Below are positions 53,813 to 62,961 of a stretch of 64,000 nt of DNA, piece after piece; within the stretch, counting starts at the first letter, position 1, and each line of letters starts with the position of its first letter. Origin of the DNA: an uncultured Methanosarcinales archaeon (GTDB lineage Archaea; Nanobdellota; Nanobdellia; Woesearchaeales; ARS49); the NCBI GenBank assembly GCA_964637115.1, contig CAZWVL010000003.1, forward strand, positions 1 to 64,000. The letters run 5' to 3'. The translations under genes were made by a program, and so were the position numbers. A model generated the notes under the pieces. That model saw only the letters and a program-made list of their open reading frames with translations, made no database searches and was not told where the DNA came from.

Positions 53813-54679
53813 TTATCCTTTTTCACGATGCCTGCCAAGCACGTCAAAGAACACGTCAAACACATTCTGGCCGGTATTTGAAGAATAGAACTGTGCGCCA
53901 GCCTCAGTGCATGCCTGCTGAAGTTTGTCAATATGCTCCTGCAGCATGCCTGAATATTGCTTGCGCGCAAAAGGATTAATAAAAGTTCTCAAAACTTCAT
54001 TAGTCTCTAAATCTTTCAGCTTGAAATCGCCTTCCAAGTCAAGATTTTTTTCAATCTTATCAAGAACTTGGATAAGCACTATTCTGTGATTCTTGAACAA
54101 GTACAACGCCTTTTTGATATCATCTACCGGGTAAAGGAAATCGCTGATGATAACCACATATGATCTTGAATTCAGCAGTTTCTTGTAACTCGAAAGAGAC
54201 TGCTCGAGCTTGCTCAAGCCTTTTGGCCTCTTGGTGTTCAGGAATTCAACCATTGAAGCCAGCTGGCCTCTTCCTTTTCTTGCCTTAAAAAACTCCAAAC
54301 TGTCTGAAAACGTGGAAAGAACGAATCTTTCATTATTCTTCAAGGCCAGATAAGCAAAACCAACGCCAACCATGCTGGCAAACTCTGCCTTAGTCATATT
54401 AGTTCCAAAACCCATACTCGCAGAAAAGTCAAGAATGATGTGCACGGCAAGATTGCGCTCTTCCTCATACCTTTTGACGTACAGCTTGTCAGTCCTGCCG
54501 AAAACACGCCAGTCAATACTTCTAAAATCCTCGCCAGGCGCGTAAATAGCGTGATCCTTGAAAATAAGACCACGGCCAGTTGCATGAGAGAATCTCTCGC
54601 CAACGTAGTTGGAAGTAATACGCTTATTGATAATCAAACTAAATCTATCCAGCTGGTGGAGAAACTCTTGGTCAATCAT
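53813..54679 (-). CDS. DUF58 protein (MoxR-associated vWA-like)
   Basis: F.DH..Y.PGED.R.IDWR..GRT.KLYVK.YEEE, LD.SASM, ISDF. Confidence 0.92.
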   Translation of the reverse strand: MIDQEFLHQLDRFSLIINKRITSNYVGERFSHATGRGLIFKDHAIYAPGEDFRSIDWRVFGRTDKLYVKRYEEERNLAVHIILDFSASMGFGTNMTKAEFASMVGVGFAYLALKNNERFVLSTFSDSLEFFKARKGRGQLASMVEFLNTKRPKGLSKLEQSLSSYKKLLNSRSYVVIISDFLYPVDDIKKALYLFKNHRIVLIQVLDKIEKNLDLEGDFKLKDLETNEVLRTFINPFARKQYSGMLQEHIDKLQQACTEAGAQFYSSNTGQNVFDVFFDVLGRHREKG

Positions 54680-55611
54680 TTCAGGAGCGTCTTAATAACA
54701 TCGTCAGCATGCAAACCCTGTCTTTCCGCCTCAAAACTTAAAATAATGCGGTGGCGCATAACTGGAAATGCCATCTTGTTAATATCGTCCTTACTTACGT
54801 ACTTACGGCCCTCAATCAATGCGCGAGCTTTTGATGCAAGAATCAAACCAATACTTGCTCTCGGAGAAGCGCCAAACTCAATCAAATTCTTCTTCTGACG
54901 AGTAGAAGTAACGAGCTGCACGGCATACTTCTTGATGTCATTCGCAATAGGAATCATCCTTGTCATATTCTGCAAATACACCAAACTGTCCTTGTTCAGA
55001 ACAGGCTTCAAAGCGACCTTCTTGTGCTCTTCAGCAAACCTGTTAACAATCTCAACCTCCTCATCAAAAGTAGGATAATCAACCTTGATCTTCAGCAGGA
55101 AACGGTCTGCCTGAGCTTCAGGCAAAGGATAAGTGCCCTCCTGTTCAATCGGGTTCTGAGTTGCAAGCACGAAAAACGGTTCCTCCAACTTGAATGTAGT
55201 ATTACCTACAGTAACTTGATGTTCCTGCATAGCCTCAAGCATAGCAGACTGCGTTTTTGGAGTTGCACGGTTGATTTCATCTGCCAGCACAATATTGGCG
55301 AAAACAGGACCTGGCTGGAACTTGAAATTACGCTTTCCACCAGAAGTTTCCTCAATAATGTAAGTTCCTGTAATGTCCGACGGCATAAGATCGGGCGTGT
55401 TTTGAATACGCGAAAACTTCAAATCCAACAACTGCGCAAGAGTCTTTATGGTCAAAGTCTTTGCCAGCCCAGGATAACCTTCCAGCAATGCGTGAGAATC
55501 AGCCAATAATGCAACGCTGACCTCTTTAAGAACCTCTGTCTGGCCAACGACAACCTTGTTCAACTCGCTGAAAATGTAATCAAACGTTTTTTTCGCATCC
55601 TCTATTTTCAT
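54676..55611 (-). CDS. MoxR-family AAA+ ATPase
   Basis: LLEG.PGLAKT, RIQ.TPDL.PSDI.G, LADEINRA.PKTQSA.LEAMQE, ATQNP.EQEGTYPLPEAQ.DRF. Confidence 0.95.
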   Translation of the reverse strand: MKIEDAKKTFDYIFSELNKVVVGQTEVLKEVSVALLADSHALLEGYPGLAKTLTIKTLAQLLDLKFSRIQNTPDLMPSDITGTYIIEETSGGKRNFKFQPGPVFANIVLADEINRATPKTQSAMLEAMQEHQVTVGNTTFKLEEPFFVLATQNPIEQEGTYPLPEAQADRFLLKIKVDYPTFDEEVEIVNRFAEEHKKVALKPVLNKDSLVYLQNMTRMIPIANDIKKYAVQLVTSTRQKKNLIEFGASPRASIGLILASKARALIEGRKYVSKDDINKMAFPVMRHRIILSFEAERQGLHADDVIKTLLK

Positions 55612-55653
55612 ATACAACACCTCGTGCTTTTTGGTATTTAATCTTTATGCTTC

Positions 55654-56439
55654 TTACGACTTCGTAATTTCCTTAAAGTATGTCTTAACTATTCTTTGAT
55701 ACTGCTTTGGGATGTTCTCCTCAAAGCTCACGTCTGTAGTAGCTTTAATATCAGAAGGCGCAACTTCCCTGAAAGTACGCTCTTCTGGCGGCTTGTACTT
55801 GCCAATCAACACATCACTCATAATCGGATTCAATTCAAGGTCAAGCTGCTGCTGGCCGAGCTCAGTAATACTCTTGTCACCCAAAATATCACTTAAGTTC
55901 TGGGACTCCTCATATTCAAGCAATTCCTGATTAACATCATATTCCTGGAACGGCTTAAACTCCCTGATTTCCTTCACAGCCTCCTTCAAATCAAGGAATT
56001 TCACGTTAAACGCGGCAGAGCCGATGATGATAAACGAAACAACAGCCATAACTGCAATTTCTCTAGTCAACTTGCCAAAATTCAAAAAAGAAGAAGTTTT
56101 GATTTCCTTCATCTTCTGCAAGACTTCCTGATTCAACGCATCAATAATCTCATTCTGCTCCTTCCAATTATCAGCAACAGTAATAAGCTGCTCTTTCAAG
56201 GCAGGAAATTTCTCCTCGATAGCTGCAAAGTGAACGTCCTTGATGTTGCCATACGTATGAATGACTGCATACGCTGCTGCAGGAACAAGCGCCCACCACC
56301 CGGGCAAGGACAACAATGTGCACGCCAACAACAATAAAATGTACGCTACTAAAATATCGATTATGCTGTTGAATAACACAACCTGCAAAACTGCTCTTTT
56401 TGCTTCTCTCAACGCTGATGTTATAGGTTTTACGGGCAT
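55654..56439 (-). CDS. Membrane protein of the MoxR-vWA cluster
   Basis: Two N-terminal TMs, L.E.L.T..D, one further TM, C-terminal Y...V..YF motif. Confidence 0.7.
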   Translation of the reverse strand: MPVKPITSALREAKRAVLQVVLFNSIIDILVAYILLLLACTLLSLPGWWALVPAAAYAVIHTYGNIKDVHFAAIEEKFPALKEQLITVADNWKEQNEIIDALNQEVLQKMKEIKTSSFLNFGKLTREIAVMAVVSFIIIGSAAFNVKFLDLKEAVKEIREFKPFQEYDVNQELLEYEESQNLSDILGDKSITELGQQQLDLELNPIMSDVLIGKYKPPEERTFREVAPSDIKATTDVSFEENIPKQYQRIVKTYFKEITKS

Positions 56440-56951
56440 GTGCACAACGCCTTTGCAGTCAAACAATTGTCTTTATCTCTCTTGTAATTATCACGCTGGT
56501 CTCCACAAACGTCAAGCTGTGAAGACAACTTGTCATTCTCTCCAGTTAAGGTAGTAACAAGATCTTTTTTAGCTTCAAGCTCAGACTGAGTTGAACGCAA
56601 TGAAGACTCTGTTGTTTCCAATTCGCTTTCCAACTGCTCTTTGGAACGCTCAAGCGCAACTTTCTGAGTTTCCAGCTGTTCTTTTGTAGTCTTGACTTCA
56701 GTGAACTTCTCGCCCAACTGCTCCTCACGCTCAGTCTTAACAGTCAATTCTGCCTTAATCTTGTCCAACAACGCCTGCTGAGTCTGTAAGTCCTTTGAAA
56801 TCAACTGCAGCTGCTGCACTTTCTGATTGTACTCAGTGTTAATCTTCTCAAAATTCATCTGGAAGAAAACAGTCGCGCCAACCAAAGATGCAGCACTCAA
56901 CATAATCAAAAACAGCAAAATCATATTCGCATTTTTTGTAATAAAGCCCAT
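56430..56951 (-). CDS. Single-TM long coiled-coil protein
   Basis: N-terminal TM, ~120 aa of heptads, Cys-rich end. Confidence 0.75.
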   Translation of the reverse strand: MGFITKNANMILLFLIMLSAASLVGATVFFQMNFEKINTEYNQKVQQLQLISKDLQTQQALLDKIKAELTVKTEREEQLGEKFTEVKTTKEQLETQKVALERSKEQLESELETTESSLRSTQSELEAKKDLVTTLTGENDKLSSQLDVCGDQRDNYKRDKDNCLTAKALCTCP

Positions 56952-56957
56952 TCTACA

Positions 56958-59345
56958 TCACTCCTTACGCACAAGTCTTCTTATAAATATTTCGACGAGG
57001 AACAAGATAACTGCAAGCATGATAAACGGCCAGCGAATATAATCTCTCGAGCTTATGACGCGCTTTGCCGTTGTCCTTGCGTGCTCAACAATTCCATTAA
57101 TGTCATTCGGATCAAACACCTTGCCTCCGGTTGAACCAGTAATCTTTTCCAATTCAGGATTCAAGCCAAGGTTTCCAAATTCTGTTTCATAATTCACGGC
57201 AAATTCTGCTCCGGCAGCGGACTGGAAGCCAACAGAAGTCGGCAAGATGCTGCCAGTATAAGTATCTTCATCAATCTTATAGAATACAACTCCTTCAGCT
57301 GTAGGCGGAATCGAACTTTTAATAGTAATTTCAGCAGGTTCGTTGATTCTGGTATCCTTTGCATCAATAAATGAAGCGCTCTTTCGCTCAGGGTCGCCGA
57401 TAGCCCAGTTCATTGTTCTCGCGATCAATCTTGAATTTCCTGACATCAACAATGAACCAGCCCACTTGCTGCCATCATCAACAGAGAAAGCAGCAACACG
57501 GCCAAGACCGAGGCGCCAGATGGTCAAAACAGGCTCGCCTGTAGATGTTGTTGCAAGCAATCTTGCAGCACTTTTTGGAGACACTTGATTATAACCATAT
57601 AACGTAGCGTTTGGATCAAAGTTTTCAGTAATAAAGTGATTCTTGTTCAAAATGACCAACTCCATCTGTCCTGACTTTGCCGCCTGCTCATCAGTAGGAC
57701 CAAACAAGATGTTAAGCTTGCTTTCATCAGTTGCCCTGAAATAAATACCGTTGCTGATTTCAGCCAAATCCATCATCGTCTTCTCATCAGTAGTAGGACC
57801 GACGCCAATCGTGTAAATCTTGATTCCATTGTTTGACGCGTATTTAGCAGCCTCATACGCCGAAGCAGGAGACTGTGTCTTTCCGTCGCTCAGAATGATT
57901 ATATTTTTGCTGCCGCCAAACTCACTTAACACGCTGATAGCTTTCAAAAGACCAGCGCCGATATTTGTGCCGCCGCCCCATTTGATGCGACTGATTATGT
58001 CCGGCAAGTCCTGTTTTGAAAACACCGGGCTTAATGCGCTAATCAGATATGCCTGGTTATTGAACGCAATAACTGACACTAAAGTATCAATTTTTACACT
58101 CTGAAGAATGCCAATAGCTGCTGCCTTCTCAAAATCAGCAGTGCTGGCAAACCTTCCAAATGGTGCTCCGGCGCTGCCTGAGATATCAATCACAATTGCC
58201 AGCGCCAAATCGCCTTCCTTCTTTTCAGGCTGGCCAACAAGAACAGGCAGCATTGTTTCAAAGATTGAATTGCGATAATTTCCCTTGTCAAATGAATTCT
58301 CTCCTCCAAACACCACAAGACCATTGCCATCTGCAACAAAATCGTTCAATATGTCTGTAGAAGTGTCTATATGGTCTGCAGGAATGTCATTCACGACAAC
58401 CGTATAATAATCAGTTAATTTTGGTGGAATGCTTGTGGCAGTATCAACAATGTACAACTGCTTCAGCAAAGTTTCCATTGGAGTAGACTTTTCGCTCAAA
58501 AGCAACACTTTTGGCTGAGGAACAACCTTGACAGTCTTGAAAAAGACATTATTGTTCGGGAAAAAGTCCTGCGCATCAATCTTTGCAGTAATCTTATGAG
58601 TTCCTTTGGGCAGCTGCCTTGTAAACTGATATGATTTGTCATTCGTCAGCTGGTCGTAAATAACCTCGCCATCGAGCGTGACTGTAAGTCTCACGCCCTG
58701 AATATTGCCAACACGATTAATGAAAACAGAAAATGTGTTTTCAGAATTTTCCAACGTCTTAGATGGGCCGAAAATCTCAACACTTGCATCATTCCTAATT
58801 GATTTCAGCTTGACGGCATTAATTGTCGCGTTTAATTTAGTCGCAAATAATGCAACATCGCCAAGATTGGCTCCGGAGTTCACGTTGCCATCTGACAGCA
58901 ATAAAATACTGCCGTGCGGTTCAAGATTATTAAGAACTGAATCGCCAATGTTTGAAATCGTATCAGAACCAACAACCTTGACTTCAGTGTTCAACTTTTT
59001 CTCAAGTTTGACAGCAAGCTGCTGAGAAATATCTTCAAACACTGCCATAGAAGTGCTATTGTCGACCAATAACTGCACAAACGCGTCTCCCTCGATAATC
59101 TTTTCCTTGTGGACGTATGGCGACGACAATGCAAGAAGCACGAGAATAACCAAAATACTGCGCGTGAAGAACATCAATCTTCTAACTCGCTTTTTCTGCA
59201 ATTTGACAATAAGCTCTTCCTTGAAAATGATGAACTCATGGCGCAAAATCCACCATATAAGCGGAATCAAGATGATTACGAGCAGCAATACCCAAGGATA
59301 TTCCATATGCGCGTATGCCCACTTCAATATGTCGGTAACGCTCAT
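56958..59345 (-). CDS. Membrane-anchored multi-vWA protein
   Basis: MIDAS-type VDNSTS and IDISGS, GGGT, LSDG; N- and C-terminal TMs. Confidence 0.85.
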   Translation of the reverse strand: MSVTDILKWAYAHMEYPWVLLLVIILIPLIWWILRHEFIIFKEELIVKLQKKRVRRLMFFTRSILVILVLLALSSPYVHKEKIIEGDAFVQLLVDNSTSMAVFEDISQQLAVKLEKKLNTEVKVVGSDTISNIGDSVLNNLEPHGSILLLSDGNVNSGANLGDVALFATKLNATINAVKLKSIRNDASVEIFGPSKTLENSENTFSVFINRVGNIQGVRLTVTLDGEVIYDQLTNDKSYQFTRQLPKGTHKITAKIDAQDFFPNNNVFFKTVKVVPQPKVLLLSEKSTPMETLLKQLYIVDTATSIPPKLTDYYTVVVNDIPADHIDTSTDILNDFVADGNGLVVFGGENSFDKGNYRNSIFETMLPVLVGQPEKKEGDLALAIVIDISGSAGAPFGRFASTADFEKAAAIGILQSVKIDTLVSVIAFNNQAYLISALSPVFSKQDLPDIISRIKWGGGTNIGAGLLKAISVLSEFGGSKNIIILSDGKTQSPASAYEAAKYASNNGIKIYTIGVGPTTDEKTMMDLAEISNGIYFRATDESKLNILFGPTDEQAAKSGQMELVILNKNHFITENFDPNATLYGYNQVSPKSAARLLATTSTGEPVLTIWRLGLGRVAAFSVDDGSKWAGSLLMSGNSRLIARTMNWAIGDPERKSASFIDAKDTRINEPAEITIKSSIPPTAEGVVFYKIDEDTYTGSILPTSVGFQSAAGAEFAVNYETEFGNLGLNPELEKITGSTGGKVFDPNDINGIVEHARTTAKRVISSRDYIRWPFIMLAVILFLVEIFIRRLVRKE

Positions 59346-61150
59346 AAGTCGCCTCTATATTTCACAAAAAATACTTCAAAGATGAGCAATACAAGAGCAA
59401 TAGTCAAAAGCATAATCTCCCAGTGGTATTCTCTTGTTTCCTTAACCGGCTTTAATTCATAATCAACGCTCCTTGTACCGATCTTTTTATCCAGATTAAT
59501 GTTTGATTCCATTTCATCAACAAGATTTACAGCAATAATCCTGTCTTCCAGCTCGTACAAACCCTGCTCATCAAGGATTAATGCCGCTCTTTTCAGAACT
59601 CTGGTGGGAGTCTTGATTTTTTGCTCTTCATTCAGGATTAATGTCTCTCCGGCCTTGGAGTTCAAGTTCTTCACGTCCTGCTGTTCCGTAACGAACTTAA
59701 TTAATTCAGTCCAGAAAATCGGGAAATGAGGAGAATACTTGAAATCGCTTGATTCGGGAATACCGTAATAAACTAGCTTTCCGGCGCCAAGCTGCTTGAC
59801 TGTTATTGCTGGGATTTCATTTACAGTTGCGATAACAGTCTGGTCTCCAATAACTTCTGCCTTCAAAGCATAATCAGCCTTGCCAAAGTCAATATTTTTT
59901 GTAAACCTGTTCAGCTGTTCTACAGTTATAAATCCGCCATCGCTCCTTCCACCGAGCTTAACCGGCAGAAGACCTTTGTAATCGAGTTTTTCAGAATTAT
60001 CCTGCACTGCAACGATAACAGTTGCGCCTTTCTCAGCCTTTTGCTTGACATCCTCAAAAGTGCCAGGCAACAATTGTTTCAAATCAACATTATTAATTAT
60101 GATAACGTCGAAATCACCCTGAGCAATAACGGGAGGCTCTGTAATTGCAACGTCAAATTCTCCGGAGGCAAGCAAAGCATTCTTCAAGAAAATGCTTGCA
60201 TTGTTTGCAATCAACATAACCTTTGCCTTGCCGCCAGCAGGCGCGCTCAAGAAAGCAACATTATCGACTGGGAAATCATCATTTGCAGAAATCTCAAGCT
60301 TTGTCGCGCCAGGAGGAGTCTTGAAAGAATACGTTTCAATGCCTTTCGGCGAAACGGTCAATGTTGTCTGTGTTGTGCCAATCTTCAAAGGCACTGATTT
60401 CTGGACAGCATCATAATTTTTCACGTAAACAGTAGTCTGGTCGCTTCCGACATCTAACTGGATAATGCCCACGTTGCTTCTTGGAGGCCCTGCAATGTTA
60501 ATGAAATCAACCACCAAGCCTTTGCTTTGCAAGACTGCCTTCGCAATATCCGGATCCTGACCTCCTGTGTTAATGAAATCGCTGATGACAACAACTCTTC
60601 CTTCACCTAATGTCTCTCCGGCAAGAATAACTGCTTCGCCGATCTTGGAAACAGTCTCTCTTGGCTTCAAACTGTTAAGGAATTTTGACGTTTCAGCAGC
60701 AGAAGCGTCCTGCAACGCTATAAAAGGAACATCTTTCGCAAGAATAATGGTGTTCTTGTTTCCCAGAACTTTCTTGGCCTGGGCAACAGCCAAATCAAAA
60801 CGAGTTTTGCTGCCTTCCTCAACCTGCGAAGAAGCGCTAACGTCCAAAACAATCACCGTGTTTGACGCAGTAACGTCGTGCTGGTATTTTGTGTAAGGAT
60901 GTGCAAAGGTCAAAGCAAGCCCTAATAGTAGTAAAAGTTGGATTAAAAAAAGCCAGTCGTGCGTTATTTGTTTCAGGAAACTTGTCAGTTTTCTCGCGCC
61001 AGAAGACTTCAGGAAAAACATCAAACTCGGAATCGGCAAAACTTTAGGTTTTGGCCTTATGAGATAGAGAATGATGAGTGGAATTAACGCTAAAAGAGCC
61101 CAAAGGCCGGAAGGGTTCCCTACACTAATCGGTCCTAATGACAATGCCAT
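59342..61150 (-). CDS. BatA-domain + vWA membrane protein
   Basis: NP..LWALLALIPLIILYLIRP.P...IPSL.F (BatA), LDVSAS (MIDAS), ISDF, C-terminal TM. Confidence 0.88.
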   Translation of the reverse strand: MALSLGPISVGNPSGLWALLALIPLIILYLIRPKPKVLPIPSLMFFLKSSGARKLTSFLKQITHDWLFLIQLLLLLGLALTFAHPYTKYQHDVTASNTVIVLDVSASSQVEEGSKTRFDLAVAQAKKVLGNKNTIILAKDVPFIALQDASAAETSKFLNSLKPRETVSKIGEAVILAGETLGEGRVVVISDFINTGGQDPDIAKAVLQSKGLVVDFINIAGPPRSNVGIIQLDVGSDQTTVYVKNYDAVQKSVPLKIGTTQTTLTVSPKGIETYSFKTPPGATKLEISANDDFPVDNVAFLSAPAGGKAKVMLIANNASIFLKNALLASGEFDVAITEPPVIAQGDFDVIIINNVDLKQLLPGTFEDVKQKAEKGATVIVAVQDNSEKLDYKGLLPVKLGGRSDGGFITVEQLNRFTKNIDFGKADYALKAEVIGDQTVIATVNEIPAITVKQLGAGKLVYYGIPESSDFKYSPHFPIFWTELIKFVTEQQDVKNLNSKAGETLILNEEQKIKTPTRVLKRAALILDEQGLYELEDRIIAVNLVDEMESNINLDKKIGTRSVDYELKPVKETREYHWEIMLLTIALVLLIFEVFFVKYRGDL

Positions 61151-61213
61151 GGCGTATTACAACTCAGTGTACCTTTTAGTATACTGATTTAAATAGTTTG
61201 TGCAACAGCGGAA

Positions 61214-61624
61214 TTATTGAAGCTTTATTCGCTTAATCTCACTTATCTTCTCAAAATCAGAATCGTCTGTAATGAGACTTTCAGCTTTAACTTCAATACA
61301 GGAGGCTGCGTGCAAGGCATCACGAGGGTTTATTTGATGACGCTGCATAAGGTTCAATGAGCGCAAAGAAATGGATGTTATTAGCGGTACAAAACGTATC
61401 GGCAGTTGGTGCAGACGCAACCCTTGTTGGATGGCTGTTTTCCTATCGCCCTTTTTTCGTATTACTGCCCAAATGAGTTCGTCAATAGTGATTAAAGAAG
61501 TATATGCAATTTCTTTTCCTTCGCTAACTCTAATTATGAGGTCTTTTGCTTTTTTTGTGCGGGGGTCGCTATCGTCGCCAAAACCAGCAAAAAAGAACAC
61601 ATTGGTATCAAGATAGACGCTCAT
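61214..61624 (-). CDS. vapC: VapC PIN-domain toxin
   Basis: YLDTNVF, T..EL.W, DALHAA, L.TDDSDF. Confidence 0.9.
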   Translation of the reverse strand: MSVYLDTNVFFFAGFGDDSDPRTKKAKDLIIRVSEGKEIAYTSLITIDELIWAVIRKKGDRKTAIQQGLRLHQLPIRFVPLITSISLRSLNLMQRHQINPRDALHAASCIEVKAESLITDDSDFEKISEIKRIKLQ

Positions 61625-61863
61625 TGTGGAGAACAGAGCTCATCCCAGTCGACCTTTTCAGGCAGGTTGATCTTGTCTTTTACGGCCGTGAAAAATTCCA
61701 AACAAACCTGTCTCGGATCCTTTTTTTCTAAAATGATTTTGTCTTCCTGCACAGAAAAAACAACCTCGCTACCTGGAGAAATGTTGAATAAATCTCTAAC
61801 TGGCTTTGGAATGACAACCTGGCCCTTCTCGCCAACGCCTGCTATGAGCTTAAGTTCTACCAT
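61621..61863 (-). CDS. vapB: AbrB/MazE-type antitoxin (VapB)
   Basis: VGEKGQVVIPK.VR..FNI.PG.EV.F. Confidence 0.9.
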   Translation of the reverse strand: MVELKLIAGVGEKGQVVIPKPVRDLFNISPGSEVVFSVQEDKIILEKKDPRQVCLEFFTAVKDKINLPEKVDWDELCSPQ

Positions 61864-61981
61864 TGAGTATGACTAAGTAATACTCATATATAATACTTTC
61901 TATGGGTGTTTGTTGTCACTGCTAAGTGACTATAAAACGAAAGGTTTATATAGTTGGACGTCTCAAGAAAGCGTATAGAGG

Positions 61982-62410
61982 GGTGAACTAAAATGAACAA
62001 ACTCGAAACCACGTTGGCAACTTTGGCAATATATTCTGCTCCATTGATAGATGCATTTATGCAAGTCTTGAAGCCGTATTTGTCCTCGCAAGAAGAGGAG
62101 AAAGAATTCAGGCAAGCAAAAGAATTTGACGAGGCAGTAAAGACTCACGAACTAGGAACCCTGGTAAGGGGCCTGGCAAGTTTGAGCTCAAATTATGAAA
62201 AAGGTGCGCGAATTGGCAAAGTGCCCGAAGGCTCAAGTGGAAATGAATGGCACTCTCCATCCGAGAGCGCCAGTATTTTAAGAGACATCATGCAAGAACG
62301 TCTTGCCAAGATAACTGATAATGCGTATCAGTCTCTGCCACCTGTTCTGAAAGCAGTTGTTGATAGGAGCAAGGAAATAGCCTATAGGAAGGTGAACTAA
62401 AATGAACAAA
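61982..62410 (+). repeat. Identical 20-bp direct repeats at two gene starts (61982-62001, 62391-62410)
   Basis: GGTGAACTAAAATGAACAAA occurs twice. Confidence 0.85.
61993..62400 (+). CDS. Hypothetical protein
   Basis: GGTGA SD; helical; no recognised motif. Confidence 0.7.
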   Translation: MNKLETTLATLAIYSAPLIDAFMQVLKPYLSSQEEEKEFRQAKEFDEAVKTHELGTLVRGLASLSSNYEKGARIGKVPEGSSGNEWHSPSESASILRDIMQERLAKITDNAYQSLPPVLKAVVDRSKEIAYRKVN

Positions 62411-62929
62411 ACACCATATCAAAAAAATCTTGAAGCAAAGGGCACATTAATGGGAAAAGCAGCCATTGCAGGCGGCTGGACACCAGAAATGAAAGAAGAA
62501 TTTGATTATTTGAACGCATGCTGGGGCGAACTTTTAGCGCCATCAGGCACTTTTACAGGAAAGCCAAACCCTGCACGAGAGCAGGAACTAGGCGACCTTA
62601 TGGAAGCTGGCGTTTACCGCTCACTTTACAACCTTGAAACACACGGCACCGAAGGGGATGCTATTTTCAAGCAGATGCAGATGCAAATCGAAGCTGCAAA
62701 AACAATGAAAGACCCTGTTCTAAGAAAATCACTTGAACAGCTGCTCAGAATCGGCCAGCGTCTTGGAATGACTGTTGAAGAACAACTCCAAGGCACTGGA
62801 TTTAGTCGTCCTCAGATCTACAGATTGGCATTTGATTCGGCGGAGCACTACATTGCTAATGATTTTCATCTCGGAGATCGATATTTAAAAGCAGCACTGC
62901 CGGCTGGCAAAGACAGCTCAGCAGCTTAA
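62402..62929 (+). CDS. Hypothetical protein
   Basis: GGTGA SD; helical; no recognised motif. Confidence 0.7.
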   Translation: MNKTPYQKNLEAKGTLMGKAAIAGGWTPEMKEEFDYLNACWGELLAPSGTFTGKPNPAREQELGDLMEAGVYRSLYNLETHGTEGDAIFKQMQMQIEAAKTMKDPVLRKSLEQLLRIGQRLGMTVEEQLQGTGFSRPQIYRLAFDSAEHYIANDFHLGDRYLKAALPAGKDSSAA

Positions 62930-62961
62930 TTTTTTTTTAATTTAAATTAATAAAAAAAATT
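62928..62961. terminator. AT-only palindrome between convergent genes (bidirectional terminator candidate)
   Basis: AATTTTTTTTT-AATTTAAATT-AATAAAAAAAATT; core TTAATTTAAATTAA at 62937-62950. Confidence 0.55.
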
